Shown: in pieces, positions 23,484-36,900 of the stretch
How positions within the stretch are numbered: position 1 is the stretch's first letter
Layout of the letters: every line of letters begins with the position of its first letter
NCBI GenBank assembly: GCA_035540715.1
Contig: DATLGA010000034.1
Coordinates: 10,580 to 74,579, forward strand
From: Candidatus Limnocylindrales bacterium
GTDB lineage: Bacteria > Chloroflexota > Limnocylindria > QHBO01
Direction of reading: 5' to 3'
Length of the DNA stretch: 64,000 nucleotides
The notes under the pieces: model-generated
The model's database searches: none
The model's input: only the letters and a program-made list of their open reading frames with translations
Told to the model about the DNA's origin: nothing
Position numbers and translations under genes: made by a program

Positions 23484-26420
23484 GTGCCCATGTCCGATGC
23501 CGCTTCGGGACGCGCGTCCTGGCCAGTCGTTCGCCCGCTGCCGATCGTGATCGCTGCGTCGCTGCTCGGCGTCGCCCTCCTGCCGCTCGCCTCGGCGGGC
23601 GTCCGCGGCGAGACGCCGCCGAACCATCTCGTCATCAGCGAGATCGTCACGGGCGGCGCGAGCGCGAGTGACGAGCTGATCGAGATTTACAACCCGACCG
23701 CCGAACCGCTGCCGCTCGAGGGCCTCGAGCTCGTGTACGCCAGCGCCAGTGGTGCCACGGTCAGCCGGCGAGCCGCCTGGACACTCGGAGCGCCGGAGGT
23801 GCCGCCCGGACACCACGTCCTCCTCGCCAACGAGCTCGGCGTCTATGCGCCGATCGCCGATGCGCTGTACGCCTCCGGGATGGCCGCCACCGGCGGAAGC
23901 GTCGCGCTCCGGATCCAGGGCGCCGACTCAGCCATCGACGCAGTGGGCTGGGGGACCGCCGCGAGCGCATGGATGGAGGGCAGAGCGGCGACCGCGCCGG
24001 CGGCCGGGTCGAGCATCGAGCGGCTCCCGGGTGGCTGGCTGGGCTCGACGCAGGATACGAATGACAACCTGACCGACTTCGTCGAGCGGCTGCTTCCCGA
24101 TCCTCAGAACAGCGCGTCGCCACCCGCCCCCGATCCCGACGCACCGGCCCCGACCCCGACGCCACTGCCCACGACGTTGTCGAGCGCGACGCCCAGCGCC
24201 ACGCCATCCGCCTCCGCGACCCCGTCCGCGAGCCCGGCGCCGACACCCGTGCTGACGATCACGTCAGTGGCCGATGCCCGCGCGCTGCCGAACGGCACGC
24301 AGGTGACCATCGAGGGCACGGCCCTGACCGGATCCGCGTTCGCTGACGGCGGGGGCTACGTCGCCGATGCGACTGGCGGTATCGCGGTGCTCCTCTCGTC
24401 CGGAGCGTACGAGCGCGGTTTCCGGCTCCTCGTGAGCGGCACGGTCGACGACCGCTTCTCTCAGCGAACCCTGCGGTCATCGGAGGCGCAGCTCAGCGTG
24501 CTCGGTGCGGGCGCGGAGCCGCCCGCGACCACGCGGGCGACCGGTGGCATCGACGAGGGCGTCGAGGGCACTCTCGTGCGCATCTCCGGGTCGATCGTCG
24601 GCTCGGCGACGGCGCTGGCATCCGGTCGAGCCTATGACGTGGACGACGGCTCCGGCGGGGCGCGCGTCATCGTCGGGAACGGCACGGGCATCGACACCGG
24701 CGCGTGGACCTCCGGATCGGTGGTCGACCTCGTCGGGGTCGTCGGACAGCGCGACTCGTCGGGAACCGGCACGAGCGGCTACCGGGTCCAGCCGCGCGAT
24801 CCGTCCGACATTCACCACGCGGGCGCGCCGACGACGGCTCCCTCGCCCTCCGCCAGCGTCTCGCCCGATGCCGGGACCGCGACGCCGGCGCCGAGCGCAC
24901 CGGCTGAGGGCGTCGTCTCGATCGCGGACGCGCGGGCCACGCCGAAGAACGCGCGCGTCCGGATCCGCGGGGTCGTGACCATGCCGCGAGGCATCGTCGA
25001 TCCGACGAGCGCGGTCGTCCAGGACGAGACGGGCGCCATCCTGCTCCGGCTGAGCGACGAGGTCGGCAGCCTCGCGCGCGGTGAGCGCATCCAGGTCGAC
25101 GGGACCCGATCGACGCTGAGCGGGATGGAAACCCTGCGGGTCACGCAGCCGGCGGTGCGCCTCGGCTCCGGGCCGGAGCCGGCGGCGACGCAGGTCCGCA
25201 CCGGTGACGCCGGCGAGGAGCTCGAGGCTCGCCTCGTTCGAGTGCGGGGAGCCGTCGTGGCGAATGCGCGGCGCGTCTCGAGCGGAACGGTGTCCTTCGA
25301 GATCGACGACGGCAGCGGCGCGCTGCGCGTCTACGTTGCGGCGCCGCTGGCGCTCGACCCGGCGCCGCTCCAGGCCGGGGCCTGGGTCGAGGTGAGCGGC
25401 GTGCTCGGACAGGAAACGACCGGATCTCAGCCGCTGCGCGGCTATCGGATCTGGCCTCGCTCGGCGGATGACGTTCGTGTCGGAGCGATGCCGACGACGG
25501 CCGGCGAAGGCACGCCCAGTGGCTCTTCGGGCACCTCCGGCAGTGCCGGCGCGGGTGCCTCAGACGACCCGCCCGCCTCGCTGGCGAGCGTCGGCGGTCG
25601 CGACCTCTCGAGCCTCCGCGTCGGCGCCACGCTGGTCGCCGGCCCGTGGCCTGAGCTCGACCTCGGCGGGCTGCTCTGGGACGGCGAGCGTCTCGTGGCG
25701 ATCGACCAGAGCTCGGCCTCGGCGGTCTTGCGCCTCCTCGACGGCGCCCGACTGCCCCTCTCCCTGGAGCTGGGTGGGCTCCGAGAGCGCGAAGCCGATC
25801 CGACGACGGCAGCGCCGCGCGTGGTCCTGAGCAGCGAGCCGAACGATGTCGCGCTCGCCGCGACCGCGCCGGCTGCACCGCACGCGGGGTTGGTCGAAGA
25901 GGGTTCGGCCCGCTGGGTCAGCGCCGTCGGCCGTGTCGTCGGAACGGGCGACGCGCGACGCTTCGTGGCCGGGGGCGTCGAGGCCGTGCTGGAGCTGCAC
26001 TGCGTCGCCGACCCGGCGGTCCCCGTCGGGCCGATCGCGGCACGCGGAATCGGACTGCCGTCCCCGGCACGGATCATCGTGCCCTGCGGCGGCCTGCGCC
26101 CCGTCCCCCGCTTCGGAGCCGCGCGACCCGCCAGCGCCCGATCGGCGACCGAGATGACAGCCGCTCGGACGGAGGAGGCGACTCCCGCCGTGGATGCAGA
26201 GCCGGCCGTGCCGGCGGCGGCGATGCTCGGTCTCGCCGGTGTCCTCATGGCCGCCGCCGCCGTGGCGCGCTGGCGGTGGCCGGACGGTCCGCCCGATGCC
26301 GACTCGGATCCCGCCGAGGGCGCGGACGGCCCGGACGGAGCGGCGGTCGCCTCTCCGGACGAGCCGGAACCGCGAGGGCTCAGGCTCGTCCGCGTGCCGC
26401 ACGAGCGCGGATCGGGCTGA
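23484..26420 (+). CDS. large surface-anchored protein: signal peptide, lamin-tail domain, duplicated OB-like modules, C-terminal TM
   Basis: LTD signature HLVISEIVTGGASASDELIEIYNPTAEPLPLEGLELVY. Two paralogous modules begin SVADARALPNGTQVTIEGT and SIADARATPKNARVRIRGV. It has a P/T/S linker and a C-terminal anchor AAMLGLAGVLMAAAAVARWRW. GAGGTG SD. Confidence 0.8.
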   Translation: MPMSDAASGRASWPVVRPLPIVIAASLLGVALLPLASAGVRGETPPNHLVISEIVTGGASASDELIEIYNPTAEPLPLEGLELVYASASGATVSRRAAWTLGAPEVPPGHHVLLANELGVYAPIADALYASGMAATGGSVALRIQGADSAIDAVGWGTAASAWMEGRAATAPAAGSSIERLPGGWLGSTQDTNDNLTDFVERLLPDPQNSASPPAPDPDAPAPTPTPLPTTLSSATPSATPSASATPSASPAPTPVLTITSVADARALPNGTQVTIEGTALTGSAFADGGGYVADATGGIAVLLSSGAYERGFRLLVSGTVDDRFSQRTLRSSEAQLSVLGAGAEPPATTRATGGIDEGVEGTLVRISGSIVGSATALASGRAYDVDDGSGGARVIVGNGTGIDTGAWTSGSVVDLVGVVGQRDSSGTGTSGYRVQPRDPSDIHHAGAPTTAPSPSASVSPDAGTATPAPSAPAEGVVSIADARATPKNARVRIRGVVTMPRGIVDPTSAVVQDETGAILLRLSDEVGSLARGERIQVDGTRSTLSGMETLRVTQPAVRLGSGPEPAATQVRTGDAGEELEARLVRVRGAVVANARRVSSGTVSFEIDDGSGALRVYVAAPLALDPAPLQAGAWVEVSGVLGQETTGSQPLRGYRIWPRSADDVRVGAMPTTAGEGTPSGSSGTSGSAGAGASDDPPASLASVGGRDLSSLRVGATLVAGPWPELDLGGLLWDGERLVAIDQSSASAVLRLLDGARLPLSLELGGLREREADPTTAAPRVVLSSEPNDVALAATAPAAPHAGLVEEGSARWVSAVGRVVGTGDARRFVAGGVEAVLELHCVADPAVPVGPIAARGIGLPSPARIIVPCGGLRPVPRFGAARPASARSATEMTAARTEEATPAVDAEPAVPAAAMLGLAGVLMAAAAVARWRWPDGPPDADSDPAEGADGPDGAAVASPDEPEPRGLRLVRVPHERGSG

Positions 26421-26475
26421 GCGTGCGGCGTATACTCCCGCGCGTTCGACCCGGCACGAGCGTGGAGGAGATCAG

Positions 26476-27312
26476 CTGAGCGAGCGGACCCAGGCCGACG
26501 CGCCCCGCACGGGGACCCGCCAGTACCACATCGACCTCGAGCGAGGCGAGCTGGCGGAGTACGTCCTGCTCGTCGGCGACCCGGGACGGGTCCGAAAGGT
26601 CGCGGCTCGCTGGGACTCCGTCGAGCTCGAGCGCAGCAACCGGGAGATCACCACGGCGACGGGGACGTACCGCGGCATGCGCCTCTCGTGCATGTCGACG
26701 GGCATGGGGACCGACAACGTCGAGATCGTGCTCGCCGAGGTGATGGAGATCACCGACGAGGCGACGTTCGTCCGTGTCGGCTCCTCAGGAGCACTGCAGC
26801 CGGAGATCGGGCTCGGGGACCTCGTCGTGTCGACCGGGGCCGTCCGCCTCGAGAACACGACAGACTTCTACGTGCATCCGGGCTTCCCCGCGGTGGCGCA
26901 CCGGGACGTCGTCTGGGCGCTCGAACAGGCCTGCCGCGACGGCGGGCACCCGTATCACGTGGGGCTCACGGCCACGGCGAGCGGGTTCTACGCTCCGCAG
27001 GGACGGCAGATGCGCACGCTCCCTGTTCGCTATCCTGAGCTCGCAGACGAGCTTCGCCGCCAGCGTGTGGCGAACCTCGAGATGGAGTCGTCGGCACTTT
27101 TCGTGCTGGCACATCTGGCGGGACTGCGGTCCGGCACGATCTGCGCGGCATACGCGCAGCGGACGGACGGCACGTTCCTCGAAGGCGCGGCGAAGGAGGC
27201 CGCGGAGGCACGCTGCATCGATGCCGGACTGGCCGGCATCCACCTGCTGTGGCAGGCCGACACCGATGGCGGCGACACGCTCGACCGCCGCGGGGCATCA
27301 ATCGGCCGGTAG
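26476..27312 (+). CDS. nucleoside phosphorylase (PNP/UDP family 1, uridine-phosphorylase-like), probable CTG start
   Basis: YVLLVGDPGRVRKVA...MSTGMGTDNVEIV...RVGSSGALQ...LEMESSALFV. GGAGGAG 26464..26470 lies 5 nt before CTG 26476. The only in-frame ATG/GTG codons upstream lie well inside the preceding gene. Confidence 0.75.
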   Translation: MSERTQADAPRTGTRQYHIDLERGELAEYVLLVGDPGRVRKVAARWDSVELERSNREITTATGTYRGMRLSCMSTGMGTDNVEIVLAEVMEITDEATFVRVGSSGALQPEIGLGDLVVSTGAVRLENTTDFYVHPGFPAVAHRDVVWALEQACRDGGHPYHVGLTATASGFYAPQGRQMRTLPVRYPELADELRRQRVANLEMESSALFVLAHLAGLRSGTICAAYAQRTDGTFLEGAAKEAAEARCIDAGLAGIHLLWQADTDGGDTLDRRGASIGR

Positions 27313-27374
27313 AGCAGGCAGCGAACAAGCATCATCCGGCACCATGCCGGCCATTAGGGAGGCACTGATCACTG

Positions 27375-27518
27375 ATGGCGACCGAGGCCTACTGCGTCAA
27401 GTGCAAGGCGAAGCGCGAGATGCAGAACGAGAACAAGATCACGATGAAGAACGGCAAGCCCGCGACCGAGGGCACCTGCCCGGTCTGCAGCACGAAGATG
27501 TTCAAGATCGGCGGCTGA
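27375..27518 (+). CDS. DUF5679-type small zinc-ribbon protein (47 aa; below the ORF-track cutoff)
   Basis: MATEAYCVKCKAKREMQNENKITMKNGKPATEGTCPVCSTKMFKIGG. It has a CxxC...CxxC pattern, a GGGAGG SD and a strong hairpin downstream. Confidence 0.8.
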   Translation: MATEAYCVKCKAKREMQNENKITMKNGKPATEGTCPVCSTKMFKIGG

Positions 27519-27531
27519 CCGCCGTTCGCTC

Positions 27532-27568
27532 GAAGGAGGCGCGCCGGCTCGGCCGGCGCGCCTCCTTC
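27532..27568 (+). terminator. 17-bp perfect GC-rich hairpin after the DUF5679 gene
   Basis: GAAGGAGGCGCGCCGGC-tcg-GCCGGCGCGCCTCCTTC. The trailing T-tract is weak (TTCAT). Confidence 0.65.
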
Positions 27569-27637
27569 ATGTCCCGAGAGTCCCCGGGCCGCCCGGCCCC
27601 GGCGTCGGAGACTGTGCGGCGTCGCTAGAATCGATGC

Positions 27638-28680
27638 GTGGACAGCGCAGCCGATGGGCCGGTCCTCGCGGTCGACCTCGGCGGCACGCAGATCCGCACC
27701 GCCGTGGTCACCCCCGATGCCGCCGTTCACGCACGGCGCGCCGAGCCGACGCGCGACCATGAGGGCCCCGAGGCGCTGATCAGGCGGCTTGGCGAGCTGC
27801 TCGCCGAGGCGCGGTCAGACGCTGCGGCGGCCGGCCTGGGAACCCCGATCGGCATCGGGATCTCGTCGCCGGGGCCGCTGGATCCGTGGCGCGGCATCGT
27901 CCTGGATCCCCCGAACCTCGCCCGCTGGCAGAACGTGCCGCTCGGCGCGCGCGTCGCCGAGGCCACCGGCCTCCCGACCTTCGTCGAGCGCGACACGAAC
28001 GTCGCCGCCCGCGCGGAGTGGCGCTACGGCGCGGCACGCGGCGCGACCGACCTGGTGTACATCACCGTCTCCACGGGCGTGGGGGGTGCCGCCATCATCG
28101 GCGGACGTCCGCTCATGGGACCGGCGGGCATGGCCGGGGAGTTCGGGCATCTCGTCGTCGAGATCGGCGGGCCGCGTTGCGGTTGCGGGGGCCTCGGCCA
28201 CGTCGAGGCGATCGCCTCGGGCATCGCGCTTGCACGAGAGGGCGCGGCACTCGTCTCGCGCGAGCCGGACGGCGAGTTGGCACGCCTGGCTGCCGGCGGC
28301 GGCGCCGTCGATGCCGCGCTCGTCGCTCGCGCGGCGGCCGAAGGTGATCCGCACAGCGCCGGGCTCCTCGAACGCGCCTGGGTCGCGATCGGGGCCATGT
28401 GCGCATCGATCGTCAACGCATTGAATCCCGAGGTGATCGTGATCGGAGGGGGCATCGCGGAGCATCATCCGCGCCTGTTCGAGGTGGCTCGCGTCGAGCT
28501 GTCGCGCCAGATCCTGCCGGCCCTCACCGGCCGCACGCGCATCGAGCAGGCCGCCCTCGGTCGCGACGTCTCGTTGATCGGCGCCCTGCCGATCGTCCAG
28601 GAACGCATCGGCGACCCCCGCTTCGCAGCGGGATCGCATCGGCCGCAGACGGCGGCCGCCCAGCAAGGAGTACCCCGTCC

Positions 28681-28684
<4 letters not shown>
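27638..28684 (+). CDS. ROK family sugar kinase (glucokinase-like)
   Basis: [14 protein letters not shown] motif and Zn motif [13 protein letters not shown] start lies 6 nt after TAGAAT 27626..27631. Confidence 0.85.
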
Positions 28685-32212
<3,528 letters not shown>

Positions 32213-32284
32213 CGAGCATCCGCACAACGAACGGCCCCGGATCGCTGACCCGGGGCCGTTGGTTCGTGTTGCCGGCGGGGGCGT

Positions 32285-32809
32285 CTAGCCTTCGTCGCCC
32301 TCATCGGTCTGTGCCCGCCGGCGCGCGGCGGCGGCGTCGCGGGAGGCGCGCGTCACGGCGACCTTCGCCTTGCCGGCGGCGGTTCGGGGTCGGTCCGACG
32401 CCTTTGCCGCTGCGGCCTTGGAGGCCTTGGCGGCGGCGACCTTCTTGCGTTGCGCGGTCTTGCTGGCTGCGGTGCGCTTCTTCGGCGCGCTCGGGGTCGC
32501 CGTCTCGGCGTCGTCGAGCAGGTGCGCCGCGTTGACCTTGGCCATCAGGCGCTGCTTGCGGCGAGCGGCGTTGTTCGGGTGGATGATTCCCTTCTGCGCA
32601 GCCTTGTCGAGCGCACTGATCGCTGCGGTGACGGCCTCCGGGCCATCCCCGTCATTCCGACCGAGCGCGATCTCGGAGGCGTGCTGCACGAGGGTCTTGG
32701 CCTCGCTGCGCGTACGCCGGTTGACGGCGCGGCGGCGGAGCGACTGGCGGACCCGCTTGAGGGCGGACGGCGTGCGTGCACCCTTCCAGGTCCGGGCGGT
32801 TCTTGCCAC
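32285..32809 (-). CDS. rpsT: 30S ribosomal protein S20 with a ~85-aa Lys/Ala-rich C-terminal extension
   Basis: The N-terminal ~90 aa match S20 (SALKRVRQSLRRRAVNRRTRSEAKTLV...IIHPNNAARRKQRLMAKV). GTG start with an AGGA SD. A minus-strand TATACT lies at 32884..32889. Confidence 0.85.
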   Translation of the reverse strand: MARTARTWKGARTPSALKRVRQSLRRRAVNRRTRSEAKTLVQHASEIALGRNDGDGPEAVTAAISALDKAAQKGIIHPNNAARRKQRLMAKVNAAHLLDDAETATPSAPKKRTAASKTAQRKKVAAAKASKAAAAKASDRPRTAAGKAKVAVTRASRDAAAARRRAQTDEGDEG

Positions 32810-33114
32810 GTGGAATCCTCAGCTCAACTTCATCGGCAACACGGGCAGGCGCTCATCGTCGGGGGCGCCCGCGCGGAGCCGGGAGTATAGCACCGGCCTG
32901 CCGAGAGGGCCACTCGACAGATCGGCCCCAAGCGGCGACAATCGCGACTGGTCCCGCGTCGGCGCGAATGCCCTGTGCCGGCGTCCGGGAGTCGAAGGAC
33001 AGGGAGATCTTCGCCTGAGGGGACGGCGCCCGCACCAGAGCACCGGCGGCCGGCGCGCACCGAGCGTGGCGCGCAACGATCGCCGGCACCCGCGCGTCTC
33101 TTCGTGAGTACCTC

Positions 33115-35049
33115 ATGACCAGTGCCGCTCTGCCGCGCCGCTTCCTGCGGCCGGCCTTCACGCCACCGAACCTCCGAGCCGCGCTCATCGGCTTCCTCGC
33201 CACGCTCGTCGCGGGGCTGCTCCTGATCGGCGGGCTCTCGACCGCGCTCGGGCTCACCACCGGTCCGGCCGCCCTGCCGAACGTCAGCGTGGGAGGCGTC
33301 TCGCTTGCGGGGCTGGACCGCGCGACCGCCGAGCAGCGGCTCATCGGCCAGTTGCCGTCGCTCGGCACGGGTGCGGCCACCATCGCCGTGGACGGTGAGG
33401 AGTTCGTGGTTCCGTACGCCGATGTCGGACGTGGCTACGAGATGGACGCCATGCTCGATCGCGCGTTCGCGGTCGGCCGGACGGGCAGCCCGCTCGCCGA
33501 CGGCGTGGCACGGGTTCGCGCGATGATCCATCCGACCGCCGTGCCGGTCCTCGTGCACGCCTTCGACCCGCCGGCCTTCGAGGCGGCCGTTGCCGAGGTC
33601 GCCCGGGAGGCGCGTATCCCCGCTACCGAGGCGGCGGTCGTCCGTTCCGGCACGACCTTCGAGGTCCGGCCCTCAGCCGAAGGCCGCGCGCTGGATCCGG
33701 AGGCGCTTCGGACGAGCCTCGCCGCCGCCCTCGCGACCACCGACCCGGCGGATGTTCGGATCGAGCTCGCGCCGGTGCGGCTCTCGCCGCGGGTCGACAC
33801 GGCCACCGCCACGGCCGCGGCCGAGGCGGCACGCGCCACCGTGGTCGGGCTCGAGCTGACCGTGCCGGGCGCCGCGGAAGGCGAGGAGCCGATCGAGCTC
33901 ACCGCCTCGACGATCTCCGGCTGGATCGGCTTCGGTCCGGCGGAGGGCAGCGTCTACACGGTCACCGTCGACGAGCGCGCGGCGGCGGCAGCAGTCGCTG
34001 AGCTCGTCGAGCGTGTCGACCGGAACCCCGTCAACGCGCGAATCACCGTCGCCGGCTCAGGCCTGGGCGGCGTGGTTCCCGGCCAGACCGGCCGCGTGCT
34101 CGACGTCGACGCGTCGACGAGCGCGCTGCTCGCCACGCTCGCGGATCGCGGCCGCGGCACTCCGAGTGCCTCGCTGGCGCTGGCGGTGGACGAGACCGAC
34201 CCGGAGCTCACCACGGCTGAGGCCGAGGAGGCCCTGCCGCAGATGCGCCTGGTCTCGAGCTGGACCACGAACTACGTGGTCAACGACGGCAACGGCTTCG
34301 GGGCGAACATCAGCATTCCGGCCTGGGATCTCGATGGCTACAACCTCGCGCCCGGCGAGTGGTTCAGCTTCTGGGGCGGCATCGGGCCGGTGACGGTCGA
34401 GCGCGGCTACCAGTACGGCGGCGCGATCATCAACGGCCGCAGCGTTGCGAATGGAGCACTGGCCGGCGGCATCTGCTCGACCTCGACCACGCTGTTCAAT
34501 GCGGCGATGCGCTTCGGCCTCGAGATCGGCGACCGGACGGCGCACTACTACTACATCGACCGTTACCCGACCGGCCTGGACGCCACCGTCGCGATCGTCG
34601 ACACCTCGGTCGTCGACATGACGTTCCGCAACGACACCGAGCACCCGATCGTCATCCGTGGCTTCGGCACCCCGGGCCAGGTCACGTTCCAGCTGTGGAG
34701 CGTCCCGAACGGGCGAACCGTCGTACTCAGCGACCCGGTCATCACCGACCGCCGCGCCGCGATCGAGACCACCCAGGTCGACACCAGCCTCGCACCGGGG
34801 ACGAGCCGGCGCGTGGAGTACCCACACCACGGCTTCAACGCCACGGTGCATCGCACGGTCTACGGACCGGACGGCGGTGTCATCCACCAGAACACGTGGT
34901 TCAGCGCCTACCGCGCGGTCAACGGCATCACCCTGGTCGGGCCGACCGCCGCGGCGCCGCCGCCCGATGACCCGCCCGCCGACGACGGCGCGACGGCGGG
35001 TACCGGGGACGCACCGGCCGATCCGCCGCCCGGGGACGACGAGGGCTAG
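33115..35049 (+). CDS. VanW-family membrane-anchored protein
   Basis: N-terminal TM plus a VanW core (NISIPAWDLDGYNLAPGEWFSFW...GGICSTSTTLFNAAMRFGLEI...YIDRYPTGLDATV). The C-terminal tail is Pro/Asp-rich. Confidence 0.85.
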   Translation: MTSAALPRRFLRPAFTPPNLRAALIGFLATLVAGLLLIGGLSTALGLTTGPAALPNVSVGGVSLAGLDRATAEQRLIGQLPSLGTGAATIAVDGEEFVVPYADVGRGYEMDAMLDRAFAVGRTGSPLADGVARVRAMIHPTAVPVLVHAFDPPAFEAAVAEVAREARIPATEAAVVRSGTTFEVRPSAEGRALDPEALRTSLAAALATTDPADVRIELAPVRLSPRVDTATATAAAEAARATVVGLELTVPGAAEGEEPIELTASTISGWIGFGPAEGSVYTVTVDERAAAAAVAELVERVDRNPVNARITVAGSGLGGVVPGQTGRVLDVDASTSALLATLADRGRGTPSASLALAVDETDPELTTAEAEEALPQMRLVSSWTTNYVVNDGNGFGANISIPAWDLDGYNLAPGEWFSFWGGIGPVTVERGYQYGGAIINGRSVANGALAGGICSTSTTLFNAAMRFGLEIGDRTAHYYYIDRYPTGLDATVAIVDTSVVDMTFRNDTEHPIVIRGFGTPGQVTFQLWSVPNGRTVVLSDPVITDRRAAIETTQVDTSLAPGTSRRVEYPHHGFNATVHRTVYGPDGGVIHQNTWFSAYRAVNGITLVGPTAAAPPPDDPPADDGATAGTGDAPADPPPGDDEG

Positions 35050-35088
35050 AACGGACCTTCGGCGGGGTCTCCGCTAGACTTCGCCCCC

Positions 35089-36900
35089 GTGATCCCCCCG
35101 GAGCGCATCCGCAACTTCAGCATCGTCGCGCACATCGACCACGGGAAGTCGACCCTCGCCGATCGGCTCCTCGAGGTGACGCATACCATCGACAAGCGCC
35201 TCATGACCTCGCAGGTGCTCGACTCGATGGAGCTCGAGCGCGAGAAGGGCATCACGATCAAGGCACGCGCCGTACGGCTGCACTACGACGCCTCCGACGG
35301 CCACACCTACGCGTTGAACCTCATCGACACACCCGGGCACGTCGATTTCACGTACGAGGTCAGCCGGTCCCTCCAGGCCTGCGAGGGGGCGATCCTCGTC
35401 GTGGACGCCAGCCAGGGGATCGAGGCCCAGACGCTCGCCAACGTCCACCTGGCCATGGCGCAGAACCTGACGATCATTCCGGTGATCAACAAGATCGATC
35501 TGCCCTCGGCCGATCCGGAGATGGTGATGGCCGAGCTCGAGGAGACGCTCGCCATCCCGCGCGAGGAGGTGCTGCTCGCCAGCGCCAAGGACGGGACGGG
35601 AGTGGCAGAGGTCCTGGAGGCGGTCGTCCAGCGCGTCCCGGCGCCGGCCGCCGATGCCGCCGCTCCGCTGCGCGCCCTGGTCTTCGACAGCCACTATGAC
35701 CAGTACAAGGGCGTCGTGGCCTACGTGCGGATGGCCTCTGGCACCCTGCACGACCACGAGCGAATCCGCTTCATGGCGACCGACGCGGAGTCCGAGATCC
35801 TCGAGCTCGGATACTTCCGCCCGCAGCCGGTGGCCACCCGGCGGCTCACGGCCGGGGAGGTCGGGTACGTGGCCACCGGTCTGAAGAGCATTCGCGAGGC
35901 GCAGGTCGGCGACACCCTCACGTCGGCGGAGCATCCGGCGCCCTCGCCGCTACCCGGCTACCAGGAGCCGCTGCCGCTCGTCTTCGCCGGGATCTACCCG
36001 ATGCGCGGTGACGACTACCCGGAGCTGCGCGACGCGCTGGACAAGCTGCACCTGAACGATGCCGGCTTCGTGTACGAGCCCGAGTCGAGCGCGGCGCTCG
36101 GCTTCGGGTTCCGCTGCGGGTTTCTCGGCCTCCTGCACATGGAGATCGTGCAGGAGCGGCTCGAGCGCGAGTTCGACCTCGATCTCATCGCCTCGGCGCC
36201 GAGCGTGGAGTACCGCGTGAAGGTCCAGCATCGCGACGATGAGGTCGTCATCGACAACCCCGCGCAGATGCCGAGCGTCGGCGACATCGAGACGATCAGC
36301 GAGCCGTGGGTCGCGACGCAGGTCATCACCCCCACCGAGTACATCGGCCCGTTGATGGAGCTGGCAACCGGGCGGCGCGGCGACTTCCAGAACATGGAGT
36401 ATCTCGATCCGTCGCGCGTGAACCTTCACTTCGAGATGCCGCTCGGCGAGCTCATCATCGACTTCTACGATCAGCTCAAGAGCCGATCATCGGGCTACGC
36501 CTCGCTCGACTACACGTACATCGGCTACCGGCCGGGCGACCTCGTGAAGCTCGACGTCCTCGTGAACGGCGAGCCCGTCGACGCGCTGAGCCTCATCGTG
36601 CACCGATCCAACGCGTATCGGCAGGGCAAGGCGCTGGTCGAGAAGCTGAAGGAGCTGATCCCGCGCCAGATGTTCGAAGTGCCGGTCCAGGCCGCCATCG
36701 GCTCGCATATCATCAGCCGCGAGACGATCCGCGCCATGCGCAAGAACGTCCTCGCCAAGTGCTACGGCGGCGACGTGACCCGCAAACGCAAGCTCCTCGA
36801 GAAGCAGAAGGAAGGAAAGCAGCGGATGAAGCGGATCGGATCGGTCGAGATCCCGCAGGAGGCGTTCCTGGCGGTGCTGCGCATGAACGAGACCGCGTAG
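35089..36900 (+). CDS. lepA: elongation factor 4 (LepA)
   Basis: [20 protein letters not shown]...DTPGHVDF...NKID. GTG start lies 8 nt after TAGACT 35075..35080. Confidence 0.96.
   Translation: MIPPERIRNFSIVAHIDHGKSTLADRLLEVTHTIDKRLMTSQVLDSMELEREKGITIKARAVRLHYDASDGHTYALNLIDTPGHVDFTYEVSRSLQACEGAILVVDASQGIEAQTLANVHLAMAQNLTIIPVINKIDLPSADPEMVMAELEETLAIPREEVLLASAKDGTGVAEVLEAVVQRVPAPAADAAAPLRALVFDSHYDQYKGVVAYVRMASGTLHDHERIRFMATDAESEILELGYFRPQPVATRRLTAGEVGYVATGLKSIREAQVGDTLTSAEHPAPSPLPGYQEPLPLVFAGIYPMRGDDYPELRDALDKLHLNDAGFVYEPESSAALGFGFRCGFLGLLHMEIVQERLEREFDLDLIASAPSVEYRVKVQHRDDEVVIDNPAQMPSVGDIETISEPWVATQVITPTEYIGPLMELATGRRGDFQNMEYLDPSRVNLHFEMPLGELIIDFYDQLKSRSSGYASLDYTYIGYRPGDLVKLDVLVNGEPVDALSLIVHRSNAYRQGKALVEKLKELIPRQMFEVPVQAAIGSHIISRETIRAMRKNVLAKCYGGDVTRKRKLLEKQKEGKQRMKRIGSVEIPQEAFLAVLRMNETA

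Noticed and set aside
26194-26475. ATG 26194 (or ATG 26296) as the start of the nucleoside phosphorylase.
   Set aside because: It would overlap the upstream 978-aa gene by 125-227 nt and add an Arg-rich extension. A strong SD sits in front of CTG 26476.
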